In this document: positions 19,361 through 28,272 of the stretch, in pieces | Numbering within the stretch: the stretch's first letter is position 1 | Layout: each line of letters begins with the position of its first letter | Assembly (NCBI GenBank): GCA_963813645.1 | Contig: CAWEZS010000012.1 | Location: 225,846-289,845 of the forward strand | Direction: 5' to 3' | Length of the DNA stretch: 64,000 bases | DNA from: Terriglobia bacterium | Lineage (GTDB): Bacteria > Acidobacteriota > Terriglobia > Terriglobales > Acidobacteriaceae | Notes under the pieces: generated by a model | The model's input: only the letters and a program-made list of their open reading frames with translations | Told to the model about the DNA's origin: nothing | Databases searched by the model: none | Made by a program: the position numbers and the translations under genes

Positions 19361-19435
19361 GTAGCGCCGGCCTCCGGCCCGCCCGCTGGGCGGGCAAGAC
19401 GCCGGCCAGACAGCCGGCGGGACGGGGGCGCTACG
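19361..19435. repeat. family C GC-rich palindromic element (GTAGCGCC...GGCGCTAC termini)
   Basis: The termini are inverted repeats, and it shares GTAGCGCCGGC with the copies at 26321, 28947(-) and 37070(-). Confidence 0.55.
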
Positions 19436-19470
19436 CGTGCTGTGATAGTGGATGCACCTATGAGGAAATT

Positions 19471-20277
19471 GTGACCCGGCCTTCCCCCACCTCATCCCGC
19501 GAGTGGAACTCTTCCGAATATCATCGCCTGTCCGGACCGCAGGTCAGCTGGGGGAAAAAGGTCCTGGCGCGATTGCAACTGCGGGGAGACGAGACGGTGC
19601 TCGATGCCGGGTGTGGTACGGGCCGTCTGACCGCCGATTTGTTGGAGGCCTTGCCCAATGGCCGGGTCGTCGCGCTTGATGTTTCGCAGAATATGCTGCG
19701 ATCCGCCCGCGAATATCTGCAACCTCAATTCGACAAGCGAGTGCAATTTGTCGCCGCCAATCTCCCGGACATTCCTTTTGAGAATGCCTTCGACGGGATC
19801 GTCAGCACGGCGGCATTCCACTGGGTCCTGGATCATGACCGACTTTTCCGCAATTTGCATCGCGCGGTCCGCCCCGGCGGCTGGCTCCAGGCACAATGTG
19901 GCGGCGGCACCAATATTGCTCAGTTGCGAGAACGGATGGCGTCCCTTGCCGCATCGCTTCCCTTTGCCCCGTATCTGGCTGACTTCCCCTCGCCCTGGTT
20001 TTTTCAAAATGCAGAGGCTGCCGCCGATGCACTTAGACGCGCGGGCTTCGTCGAGATCGAGACCAGTCTCGAACCGGCTCTTATCGTCATGGAAAGTCGC
20101 CAGCACTATCAAGAATTCGTGAGAACAGTTATCGTGCGAACGCATCTCGATCGTCTTCCGGACACCGAGTTGCGGAGCCAATATGTCTCGCAGCTTGCAG
20201 ATTTTGCGGCGGCCGATGATCCTCCGTTCCTCCTCGATTACTGCCGGCTTAATTTGGGGGCGAAGAAACCGGCTTGA
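19471..20277 (+). CDS. class I SAM-dependent methyltransferase (trans-aconitate methyltransferase-like)
   Basis: VLDAGCGTGRLT motif I. 268 aa with a GTG start. Confidence 0.8.
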   Translation: MTRPSPTSSREWNSSEYHRLSGPQVSWGKKVLARLQLRGDETVLDAGCGTGRLTADLLEALPNGRVVALDVSQNMLRSAREYLQPQFDKRVQFVAANLPDIPFENAFDGIVSTAAFHWVLDHDRLFRNLHRAVRPGGWLQAQCGGGTNIAQLRERMASLAASLPFAPYLADFPSPWFFQNAEAAADALRRAGFVEIETSLEPALIVMESRQHYQEFVRTVIVRTHLDRLPDTELRSQYVSQLADFAAADDPPFLLDYCRLNLGAKKPA

Positions 20278-20308
20278 TTCGGGCGCGAGCTCCCGCTCCG
20301 GCATTAGT

Positions 20309-20435
20309 CACCACGAACCACGTGGGGACAGTCGCCCTCGGCTGTCCGGTCGAGCGAAGCTCGACCTATCTCTCGCGGACCCATAGTTCGCGGAGCGTCC
20401 CTCCGTCGGAAAGCCGAGGCGGCTGTCCGCGTAAC
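20309..20435. repeat. family B element (one intact unit CCACGAACCACGTGGGGACAG-CGCCCTCGGCTGTCCGGTCGAGCGAAGCTCGAC plus a degenerate inverted partner)
   Basis: Near-identical to the units at 45697-45834. Confidence 0.6.
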
Positions 20436-20482
20436 TGCTGCCAACTCCACGCACGAGCAGGGCACTCGCGCTCACATTCAAA

Positions 20483-20800
20483 CTACTTCACGGATTCTCC
20501 CAGCCAGTTCAGATACTCCATGCTTCCGCTGTCGATGGAGACGGTAACGCACTCCGGCACATCGTAAGAATGAAGCTCCTTGATCGCATCCCGCACCCGT
20601 TCAAACGCGCTGCGTGTGGTCTTGATGATGAGCAGCCACTCTTCGGCTTCCTCCACTTCGCCTTCCCAACGGTAGATCGACCCGACCTGAGGAACGATAT
20701 TCACGCACGCAGCCAGCAGGCGTTCGACCAGGGCGCGTCCAATCTTGCGAGCCTCCTCCTTCGAACCGGCGGTGGTGAGGACGAGAATCTTGTCTGTCAT
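20483..20800 (-). CDS. cutA: divalent-cation tolerance protein CutA
   Basis: 105 aa: LAACVNIVPQVGSIYRWEGEVEEAEEWLLIIKT...HSYDVPE. Confidence 0.9.
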   Translation of the reverse strand: MTDKILVLTTAGSKEEARKIGRALVERLLAACVNIVPQVGSIYRWEGEVEEAEEWLLIIKTTRSAFERVRDAIKELHSYDVPECVTVSIDSGSMEYLNWLGESVK

Positions 20801-21098
20801 ATAGCAGCCTTCATTTTACCGGCTGACAGGGTAGCACCCGGGCGCGATCGGGAGATTAACCTGGCCACAGAAATTCATTTTGGAACTTCGGACTGGCGCG
20901 GTTATGGCGGATGGCTGCGAACCGCGGCAATTCTCTGGGTCAAAACTTGCAGGAGCTATTTGTCGAAGTTGGTTCCCTTTGCCGTCTGCGAGAAAACTTT
21001 CACTTGACCCAGGAGTGAAGGAGAAGTTCACTGGAACGTTACATGGGGAGCCTCGCGATCTGCCGGGTCGAAAGGTCGCTAAGGGCGGCCGCCAAATA

Positions 21099-21569
21099 AT
21101 GGATCTTCGAATAAAGCAGATGCCGAAAATCCGGGTGGTGCCCAGAGCCCAGCGCGGACTCCACGCGCTGGTTGACCGCGCGCCTCAGGCCGAGGCTTTT
21201 GGCGAGCGTGTTAAGGAAAGGCTGCGTCCAGCTACGACCTGGTTGTATAACTCGCGCCGCCGCCTGGCCACCCTGGGAGTCGCCATGTTGACGGGCTGGC
21301 TGTTTCTTCACGTAATGTTCGGAGCCAACGGCATGGTAGTTTACCGTCAGAAGCGCGCGGAGTATCACAGCTTGCGGCACGAAATTGGTGTCCTGCAGAA
21401 GGAAAGCGAGCACTACACCGAACAGATCAACGCCCTTCAGACTGATCCCAAGACCATTGAGAAGGAAGCTCGCGAGCAGTTGCACTACACCCGCCCGGGT
21501 GAAGTCGTGTACGTGGCTCCCGTGCCTCCTGCGATCCAGATACCCTCGACCAACGCGGCCCAGAAGTAA
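21099..21569 (+). CDS. ftsB: septum formation initiator family protein (FtsB/DivIC)
   Basis: TM helix then coiled coil (YRQKRAEYHSLRHEIGVLQKESEHYTEQINALQTDPKTIEKEAREQLHYTRPGEVVY). Start set at MDLRIK. Confidence 0.75.
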   Translation: MDLRIKQMPKIRVVPRAQRGLHALVDRAPQAEAFGERVKERLRPATTWLYNSRRRLATLGVAMLTGWLFLHVMFGANGMVVYRQKRAEYHSLRHEIGVLQKESEHYTEQINALQTDPKTIEKEAREQLHYTRPGEVVYVAPVPPAIQIPSTNAAQK

Positions 21570-21615
21570 ATTCGATCGTAAGAGGCCTCGACCCATCCCC
21601 GGCTTCGCCAGGGCT

Positions 21616-21810
21616 GTCATCCTGAGTGCAGGCTTTCGTTCCGCGAAGCGGGACGAAAGCAAGCGAAGGACCTGTGCATTCCGCACCCCCGTCCACGTAC
21701 CTCCGCGGAAGCTTAGGGCGCTGTTTATCGCCAGCGAATGCATGTGTCGGTCGTTGAGTCCTGCGTTGGGACCCTTCGTTAAGCGAAGGGCTCCGCTTCC
21801 TCAGGATGAC
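21616..21810. repeat. family A element: two inverted units bounded by GTCATCCTGAG ... CTCAGGATGAC
   Basis: The termini are inverted repeats, with GAAGGACC / GGGACCCTTCG inner boxes and a hairpin inside each unit. Confidence 0.7.
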
Positions 21811-21838
21811 AGCGGGTGAGAATTTTGGGTATTGATGG

Positions 21839-22975
21839 CTAGACAGACGCCTTTTGTGCGACGGCCTTGGGGACTCTTTGCTTGCGCAGTTCGACCTGAA
21901 AGGCGGCAGACGAAAGATCAGTCTTTTTTCTGAAGAGGTCCAGCAATGGGTCCTCTACGCCGTTCCCGGATTTGACGACAGCCGCCGGTTCGCCGATGTC
22001 CAAGCCCTCCGGCTCCACCAGCAATTCGGGGAGAGACCCGTTCGTGTTAGTCATGGCCTGGATGAATTTCTCCAGATCATTACGTTGCGATTCGGTGGCC
22101 TGAGCGAATTCGATTCCCATGCCGAGGTCAGAGTGCATGACCAGTACAACACCTTCCGCTTTGAAACTTATACCCGCAACCTTCATGGAGAGGATGATAC
22201 GAGTCCGCACCGGGAAGGGCGAAGCCGTCGCCAGATAACAGCCTCCCAGGCTGAGGTCAGTGAGTTTGCAGGGAGCGGGCGGATCATCCTGCTCAAATTC
22301 CGGAGCGCGGCTTTCCAGCCACGCGTTCAACTTATCGCGCATGGCGGGGGCTAGATTCAGGAAGCGCAATCCAATTTGGCGCCCGGGATTCTCCCAGGCC
22401 ACGTCCCCGACGCATTCGATGTTCTCTTCAGTTCCCGGCAAGGCAAACTGCAGGGTGACAGTTCCAAGATTCTTCGGGCGGTGCGCGAGCTGGACGGCGA
22501 TTCCCCCTTCGCCGATGTCGCTACTGACAGCCCGCAGCTGGCCGGCGCCGTCATTCACCTGGATGGTAACTGGAGTCTCGACAGGGATACGGGCGTTGCG
22601 GCGCCTTTCGCGTTTCATCAGCGCTCGGACCGCGCGAAAGCTGGTCTTGGCGCGTTCCGGAGAAAGCGGCTGGTGCAGGACGAAATGGGCCCCCAGGTCT
22701 CGGGAGTCTCCCAACGAGGTTTGGGCGCCGACAATGGCGACCGCCACGGCCCGCTTGTTGCAGGGCGCGGAGCGGGCACTACGCAACACGCGCGAGGCGG
22801 TGCCCGGATCTGCGCAGTCCACAATGACTGCTTCAAACCTTCCGCGGGTCAGTTTGTGAATGGCAGATTCGGCATCGGCGCAAAGCTCCATGCCGATTTC
22901 CAGCTCACTCAATACCCGCCGCAGGACCCGGACGACCTTCTCGTCGGCACAAAAAACCAGCGCTTGTAAACTCAT
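21839..22975 (-). CDS. pseudo-receiver domain protein with two PilZ-like domains
   Basis: N-terminal CheY-like fold (VFCADEK...AVIVDC...) with the conserved Lys position read as HQP. RRNAR + DIGEGG, and later DLSLGG. Start set at MSLQALVF. Confidence 0.75.
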   Translation of the reverse strand: MSLQALVFCADEKVVRVLRRVLSELEIGMELCADAESAIHKLTRGRFEAVIVDCADPGTASRVLRSARSAPCNKRAVAVAIVGAQTSLGDSRDLGAHFVLHQPLSPERAKTSFRAVRALMKRERRRNARIPVETPVTIQVNDGAGQLRAVSSDIGEGGIAVQLAHRPKNLGTVTLQFALPGTEENIECVGDVAWENPGRQIGLRFLNLAPAMRDKLNAWLESRAPEFEQDDPPAPCKLTDLSLGGCYLATASPFPVRTRIILSMKVAGISFKAEGVVLVMHSDLGMGIEFAQATESQRNDLEKFIQAMTNTNGSLPELLVEPEGLDIGEPAAVVKSGNGVEDPLLDLFRKKTDLSSAAFQVELRKQRVPKAVAQKASV

Positions 22976-23012
22976 TCGACGCCTTCGACTCTGGTGCTGC
23001 TCGAGGCTTGCT

Positions 23013-23174
23013 TTAGCCCCGGCCGGCAGCTCCTTCGGCTTCCTCGCGCTCGTCATCGAGCAAATGGGCCACCCCGCGGAGCTGTTCCGCGGCGGTCTGT
23101 AGAGCTTCGATCTGCTTGCCTAGTTGAGCCTGCTCTGCCTGTTTCTTACGCAGCACTTCGTAGATATCCCTCAC
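23013..23174 (-). CDS. small coiled-coil protein (about 53 aa)
   Basis: AAGGAGG lies 8 nt upstream of GTG 23174. Heptad-like VRDIYEVLRKKQAEQAQLGKQIEALQTAAEQL with an acidic tail. Sits 37 nt upstream of the PilZ gene. Confidence 0.4.
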   Translation of the reverse strand: MRDIYEVLRKKQAEQAQLGKQIEALQTAAEQLRGVAHLLDDEREEAEGAAGRG

Positions 23175-23470
23175 AGTTTTGGCCTCCTTATCGCACTCTA
23201 GGTAGGTCTGTGACAACCGTCAATGACCCGCCGTGGACAACCCGTTACCGGGGTAACTCCGGATTGGGCGGGGCGGGCTCTCGGCAGTGGGCAGCGTGGG
23301 TAAAAAGCTCTATTCGCGGAGCTTAGGTAATGTTTGATGGCGTACCAAACAGGGCAACGGCAGTCAGAGAGAGATGCTAAATGATTCCCAATGCGGGATC
23401 TTTTAAGAATTAATACATGCGCTTAGTAAAATATATCTTGCCGCTGCCATAAAGACGGGTCATATTTTCA

Positions 23471-23499
23471 TTGACTTATAGGGTCAAATGTCCTAGAAT
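23471..23499 (+). promoter_or_regulatory. sigma-70-like promoter TTGACT-N17-TAGAAT
   Basis: Near-consensus hexamers in an AT-rich intergenic island, about 140 nt upstream of ATG 23643. Confidence 0.5.
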
Positions 23500-23642
23500 C
23501 ATTATCTTCCAGTCATACACAAGGTTCTCCTGGTAGTAGGGCTTTGTGGTGCAATTTGGCGTGAATCTTCTGAAACGCCAAACGAATCTAAGTCTTAAGT
23601 TCATTATTTGCAGTTTTATCCCAGGTACGAGGCATAATCTTC

Positions 23643-23870
23643 ATGGCGAAGCGACGCGGAAATCCGAACTGGGGCAAGCCCGAGCCGATAGGGCCCATTA
23701 CCCCGACCATCACTGAATTTGAGCAGGTTGTGCGCGAGTATAAGCTTTCGCCCGACCAATACTTGCGTTCCACCCGCCTGCGTGAATGGGCGCGGCGCAA
23801 CAAGAATTCCAAGTACATCCCTGAGCCCCTGTTGGAAGCCTGGGGATTCGAAATCGAATCAACGCTGTAA
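23643..23870 (+). CDS. hypothetical basic 75-aa protein
   Basis: MAKRRGNPNWGKPEP... Own promoter and terminator, GAGG 11 nt upstream. No family recognised. Confidence 0.55.
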   Translation: MAKRRGNPNWGKPEPIGPITPTITEFEQVVREYKLSPDQYLRSTRLREWARRNKNSKYIPEPLLEAWGFEIESTL

Positions 23871-23891
23871 CCTGAACCGCCAGGAACTCAA

Positions 23892-23922
23892 AGGCCGCCT
23901 TAACCGGCGGCTTTTCTTATTT
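23892..23922 (+). terminator. rho-independent terminator
   Basis: GCCGCC-ttaacc-GGCGGC stem followed by TTTTCTTATTT. Confidence 0.55.
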
Positions 23923-23986
23923 GCACTGGAACCAGTGGAAGAATTTGGCTGCGGTCCCCGGTCTGGCGGACTATCCTACCCGCGTG

Positions 23987-24598
23987 ATGAAATTCACACC
24001 CGATCAGATCGTAGCGACCGTCGTTGCAACCAGCTTTGCAGCCGGGCTTAACGTATACGCCACGGTGGCTACGCTGGGGTTGCTGGCCCATCTCGGGGTG
24101 CTGGAGCTGCCGCCGGCGCTGGGGATTCTCGCCAGCTGGTGGGTGATCGGAATCAGCGGGGTGCTGTTCGCCATTGAATTTTTCGCGGACAAAATTCCCG
24201 CCTTCGATCTGGTCTGGAACACTTTACACACTTTCATCCGGGTCCCGGTGGCGGCGCTGCTGGCGTATCGCGCGACTGCGGCGTTATCGCCCTGGGAACA
24301 GCTGGCGGCAACGGCGGCCGGCGGCTTGATCGCCTTCGCGGCCCATGGGGGCAAGACTGCAGCCCGGGCGGCCGTGACCGCATCGCCCGAACCTTTCTCC
24401 AACGCGGCATTGAGTTTGGGAGAGGACGGTCTGGCCATCTTTCTGACCTGGTTTGCTACGCGGCACCCTTATTCGGCGGCGGCGATCGTCGCGGTTCTCC
24501 TGCTGATTATCGTGCTGTTAGCGCGTTGGGTGCTGCGGGCTTTGCGATCACTCTTCCGCGGCGCGGAAGAAGTGGTGACAGCGGGGACTGGCAGGTAG
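23987..24598 (+). CDS. DUF4126 domain-containing membrane protein
   Basis: FAAGLNVYATVATLGLL...FAIEFFADKIPAFD. Start set at MKFTPDQ. Confidence 0.75.
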   Translation: MKFTPDQIVATVVATSFAAGLNVYATVATLGLLAHLGVLELPPALGILASWWVIGISGVLFAIEFFADKIPAFDLVWNTLHTFIRVPVAALLAYRATAALSPWEQLAATAAGGLIAFAAHGGKTAARAAVTASPEPFSNAALSLGEDGLAIFLTWFATRHPYSAAAIVAVLLLIIVLLARWVLRALRSLFRGAEEVVTAGTGR

Positions 24599-24600
24599 GC

Positions 24601-25119
24601 ATGGAGTTCCTGAAGATTTGGCTTTTAAGCATTGTTGCGGCTGTGACTTACGGAATTTTTCACGACCAAGTCACTGCTAGAGTTTGCGTCGAGTATTTCT
24701 CAGTAGCCCACCCGATGATCCTGCCGCTTACGTCACCAACTCTGCTCGGTTTGGAATGGGGGATACTTGCGACGTGGTGGGTGGGGTGCGGGCTCGGAGT
24801 TTTGCTGGCCTCTTCGGCTAGACTCGGCTCCCTGCCCTCACTAGGCGTTCGCGATCTGTACCAGCCGATCGAAATGCTGCTGCTCTCAATGGCTTGTGGT
24901 GCGCTGGTAGCTGGGGTCGCCGGATTTCTCTTGACGAAAACGAATGTGATTTCCCTGCAAGGGCCGCTGGCCGTCTCTATCCCCCAATCGAAACATGCCC
25001 GATTTATGGCTGATGCATGGGCCCACCTGGCCTCGTATTTCATTGGCGGCTGCGGCGGTCTGATCTTATCGATTCGAGCTTATGCCCGGCGCAGGCAACT
25101 CGCGTTGAGGTTGGCATAG
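24601..25119 (+). CDS. hypothetical membrane protein
   Basis: 172 aa starting at MEFLKIW, 3 nt after the DUF4126 stop. 4 hydrophobic helices. Confidence 0.6.
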   Translation: MEFLKIWLLSIVAAVTYGIFHDQVTARVCVEYFSVAHPMILPLTSPTLLGLEWGILATWWVGCGLGVLLASSARLGSLPSLGVRDLYQPIEMLLLSMACGALVAGVAGFLLTKTNVISLQGPLAVSIPQSKHARFMADAWAHLASYFIGGCGGLILSIRAYARRRQLALRLA

Positions 25120-25157
25120 ACAGCTTGTATGCCCCTTTTTGCTAAAATCAGGCAATC

Positions 25158-26324
25158 ATGATGGCGAACTCACCCTTTACTGACGTTCCTACCGCAATCG
25201 AGGAGATCCGCGCGGGCGGGATGGTTGTGGTGGTGGACGATGAAGACCGGGAAAACGAAGGCGACCTCACGCTGGCGGCGGAGAAGGTAACGCCGGAAGC
25301 CATAAATTTCATGGCCAAATACGGGCGCGGCCTGGTCTGCCTGGCTATGACCGAGGAACGACTGGACCATCTCCGCATCGGGCAGATGACGGCGGAGAAC
25401 ACCTCGAATTATGGGACAGCATTCTGCGAAGCCATTGATGCCCGCGAAGGCGTGACCACCGGCATCTCTGCTTATGATCGCGCCCGCACGATCAAGGTTG
25501 CTGTTGACCCTGCTACGCGACCCGCCGACCTAGCCCGACCCGGCCACGTCTTTCCGCTGCGGGCGCGCAAGGGTGGAGTACTGGTCCGCGCCGGACAAAC
25601 TGAAGCTGCGGTGGACCTGGCCCGCATGGCCGGGCTGGTGCCGGCGGGCATCATCTGCGAAATCATGCGCGACGATGGGACCATGGCGCGCGTCCCCGAT
25701 CTCATCGAGTTCTGCCAGGTTCACGGCCTGAAACTGCTGACCGTGGCGGAACTGATCCGCTACCGCATGCAGCACGAGCGCTACGTGCATCGCGTGGGCG
25801 AGGCCTTGATTGACACCCAGCACGGAGAGTTCCGCCTGATCGCCTACGAAAGCGAAGTCGAAGGCGGTGAGTCCCACATAGCTTTGGTGCGCGGCGACAT
25901 TGAGAGCGGCGATGAGCCGGTTCTGGTGCGAATGCACTCGCACTGCCTGTTGGGCGACGTTTTCGGATCCACGGGCTGCGACTGTCATGCCACCATCGAG
26001 GGCTCAATGCAGAGGATTGCCCGGGAAGGCCGGGGCGCGCTGATCTATCTGCACCAGACGTCGAAAGGGTTTTCGGTGGAGAAGTTGCCGGAGCGAACAG
26101 CACTCACCTTTCATCGCGACAAGCGTTTGCCGGCGTTGCCCGAGAGCGAGCGCAAGACCCAGCGCGAAGTGGGAATCGGCGCGCAAATCTTGTCAGACCT
26201 GAATCTGCGGCGCATCCGGCTGCTGACCAACCATCCGCGAAAAGTTGCTGGCCTCGAAGGATTCGGCATCGAAATCGTCGAACAGATTCCAGTAGCGCTG
26301 GACCGCACCCGAATCAAGGCGTAG
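25158..26324 (+). CDS. ribBA: bifunctional 3,4-dihydroxy-2-butanone-4-phosphate synthase / GTP cyclohydrolase II
   Basis: [22 protein letters not shown], then the RibA half with [14 protein letters not shown]. Confidence 0.95.
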   Translation: MMANSPFTDVPTAIEEIRAGGMVVVVDDEDRENEGDLTLAAEKVTPEAINFMAKYGRGLVCLAMTEERLDHLRIGQMTAENTSNYGTAFCEAIDAREGVTTGISAYDRARTIKVAVDPATRPADLARPGHVFPLRARKGGVLVRAGQTEAAVDLARMAGLVPAGIICEIMRDDGTMARVPDLIEFCQVHGLKLLTVAELIRYRMQHERYVHRVGEALIDTQHGEFRLIAYESEVEGGESHIALVRGDIESGDEPVLVRMHSHCLLGDVFGSTGCDCHATIEGSMQRIAREGRGALIYLHQTSKGFSVEKLPERTALTFHRDKRLPALPESERKTQREVGIGAQILSDLNLRRIRLLTNHPRKVAGLEGFGIEIVEQIPVALDRTRIKA

Positions 26325-26460
26325 CGCCGGCGTCCCTTCGGAACTCAGGGCAGGCTCGCCGGGTGTCCCGAGGGCGTCCCTGTGGAGGACGGGCGTCCCG
26401 CCCGTCGAGCGATGGCTTGTGCACGACGGGCGGGACGCCCGTCCTCCATAGTTCGATGAC
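26321..26460. repeat. composite family C element (GTAGCGCCGGCGTCCC module plus GGAGGACGGGCGTCCCGCCCGTC hairpin)
   Basis: The first module aligns with 28873-28947 (opposite strand). The hairpin arms 26384-26406 / 26425-26447 match the arms at 46663-46728. Confidence 0.7.
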
Positions 26461-26483
26461 AGCGTTTTTACTGGTCTAAAGAA

Positions 26484-27047
26484 ATGAAAGCCCCTTCCCC
26501 CACCCCTTCCACCTACATAGCCCTGCTCCGCGGCATCAATGTCGGCGGGCACAAAATCATCAAGATGGACCAGTTGCGAAAAGCATTCGAGGGACTGGGG
26601 TTCGAAGACGTGACTACCTATGTTCAGAGTGGAAACGTAGTCTTCAAGTCGCCCAAGAAAGCTTCTGTGGACTTGTCCAGGAAGATTGAGGAGATGTTGT
26701 TTCAACGGTTCAGCATGTCCGTGCCCGTGATTGTGCGAACCGCGGAGGAAGTTGACGATGTCTTAAGAAATAATCCCTTCCTCAAGGAACATGGCATCGA
26801 CGTTACCAGGTTGCACGTTACTTTTCTCTCGCATACTCCACAGAAAGCGGCCTTAAAGGGACTGAACGAAATTCCGGTTGGTCCGGACCGGTTTCACTGC
26901 CGCGGTCAGGAAATATATCTCCACTGCCCGAACGGTTTTGGCGGGACCAAGCTATCCATCAATGCGTTTGAGAAGGTGCTTGCCGTGGGCGCGACTACGC
27001 GCAACTGGAACACGGTTAACAAGCTGTTCGAGATGGCGCGAGCTTAG
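26484..27047 (+). CDS. DUF1697 domain-containing protein
   Basis: YIALLRGINVGGHKIIKMDQL...YVQSGNVVF. Confidence 0.85.
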   Translation: MKAPSPTPSTYIALLRGINVGGHKIIKMDQLRKAFEGLGFEDVTTYVQSGNVVFKSPKKASVDLSRKIEEMLFQRFSMSVPVIVRTAEEVDDVLRNNPFLKEHGIDVTRLHVTFLSHTPQKAALKGLNEIPVGPDRFHCRGQEIYLHCPNGFGGTKLSINAFEKVLAVGATTRNWNTVNKLFEMARA

Positions 27048-27119
27048 TTGCCGCATGCAAGAACTGCACGACAAAATCCACGAAGTCAAGGACTGTTGCT
27101 TACAGCGCACGTGCGGCCA

Positions 27120-27182
27120 GTAGGGGTCCTTCGACTGCGTGGCCGCTTCGCGAAGCGAAGCCGCCACTCCGCTCAGGATGAC
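27120..27182. repeat. solo family A unit (GTAGGGGTCCTTCGAC-hairpin-GCTCAGGATGAC)
   Basis: Same ends as unit 3735-3796. Internal hairpin GCTTCGCGAAGC. Confidence 0.7.
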
Positions 27183-27221
27183 AGCCCGTTGAGTTCAGAT
27201 CAAGTTCCCGTCATTTTGAAC

Positions 27222-27587
27222 TCAGTCAGAGTGTGAGAGCCGCTTGGAAATTAGAGTCGCGTAAAGCACGCCTCTGTCCCAAATGCCTCTGGCGATCACT
27301 CGATCGCTGTCCTTGACCTGGGTCGGGTCAATGACGTTGAACTTCTTGCTGCCGTGCTCCTGGCTGACCCACCGAGTGCCGCTGTCATAGTGAACGATCT
27401 TTTCAATGTTTGAATTCACGCTCCGAACCGTCAAGGTGGACTTTTCCGGATTGCTCCGAATGACGTTTCCCTCCCAGCGGCCTTCGCTAGAGTTCTTGTG
27501 AGTCTTGTCCTGCGCGGGAGCCACCACTGTCAACGAGTACACAATCAGAGGCGCGAACAGCAGGGCGAATAGCTTGCGGATCATCAT
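27222..27587 (-). CDS. hypothetical exported protein
   Basis: 121 aa with a cleavable-looking signal peptide (...VVAPAQD). Confidence 0.6.
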   Translation of the reverse strand: MMIRKLFALLFAPLIVYSLTVVAPAQDKTHKNSSEGRWEGNVIRSNPEKSTLTVRSVNSNIEKIVHYDSGTRWVSQEHGSKKFNVIDPTQVKDSDRVIARGIWDRGVLYATLISKRLSHSD

Positions 27588-27678
27588 GACCTCCCTTTTG
27601 CCGTACTAGGGCTGCGCAAAACACAGAACAATAGACCTCCGGCCGAGGAAAGGGCAAGCCCCCTCTGAGCTGGAAGTG

Positions 27679-27808
27679 GTCATCCTGAGCTTGCGAAGAG
27701 CCTGCCCTGAGCGAAGTCGAAGGGATCTAGCGCGCAGCGGATATGCAGAATCGCCGCTGAATGGTGCCACGCGCGAGATCCTTCACGACTAAAGTCGTTC
27801 AGGATGAC
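27679..27808. repeat. family A variant element (same subfamily as 51329-51435)
   Basis: Shares GTCATCCTGAGCTTGC..GGATCTAGCG..AGCGGATATG..AATGGTGC..ACGCGCGAGATCCTTCACGACTAAAGTCGTTCAGGA with the second copy. Confidence 0.75.
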
Positions 27809-27963
27809 GCCGGTGGAGGGATTTGTTCAAACTGACCCGCTAGCCAGAGCGGTTGGACTGTCCAGCAATACTGTTCTAGATCGTGGGCAATTCCCGGCGT
27901 GATTTCAGCAGATTTACGGCACGACTGAAGTTGTGCCCTTCCCGGATAACGAAGGGATCGAAC

Positions 27964-28227
27964 TTAGCAGGGCTTGCGGATGACGATGTCGCTGTCGTTG
28001 ATAAAGAACTGCACCGAACACTGATCGGAGCCGCAGATTACGGGCAGCAGACCGGCCAGCTGTTTGCGCGTGATGAGGCCCAGAGTGCCGCAGTCGGGAC
28101 AGGCGAGCACGGCCCAGTAGGGATCTTCCTTCTCGCCGACATGGCCGGCATTTTCCAGCACGAAGATGGTGCCGGGCTGCATCTGCTCGGGAATCCACTC
28201 GTTCAGGACGTTCAGTTCTCCAACCAT
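27964..28227 (-). CDS. hypothetical small zinc-ribbon-like protein
   Basis: 87 aa with CPDCG ... CGSDQC cysteine pairs. Sits 45 nt downstream of the MerR gene on the same strand. Confidence 0.5.
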   Translation of the reverse strand: MVGELNVLNEWIPEQMQPGTIFVLENAGHVGEKEDPYWAVLACPDCGTLGLITRKQLAGLLPVICGSDQCSVQFFINDSDIVIRKPC

Positions 28228-28272
28228 CTCGCCTCCCCGGGAGTCAAACTTTTTGGAGCCAAACTTCCCTGC

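Noticed and set aside
20801-21098. The 298-nt cutA-ftsB divergent spacer as a possible structured ncRNA (contains TTCACT/AGTGAA pairs).
   Set aside because: I saw no match to any RNA family I can recognise (RNase P, SRP, 6S, tmRNA cores are absent). It is most simply two divergent promoters. It is left unannotated.
25120-25157. FMN riboswitch upstream of ribBA. Also a TPP riboswitch upstream of thiS (29148-29317) and a SAM riboswitch upstream of the trans-sulfuration gene (16761-16860).
   Set aside because: The ribBA leader is only 38 nt. The thiS upstream region is a family B repeat. The metB-type leader is the heptad array. I could not find any conserved riboswitch core sequence by eye.
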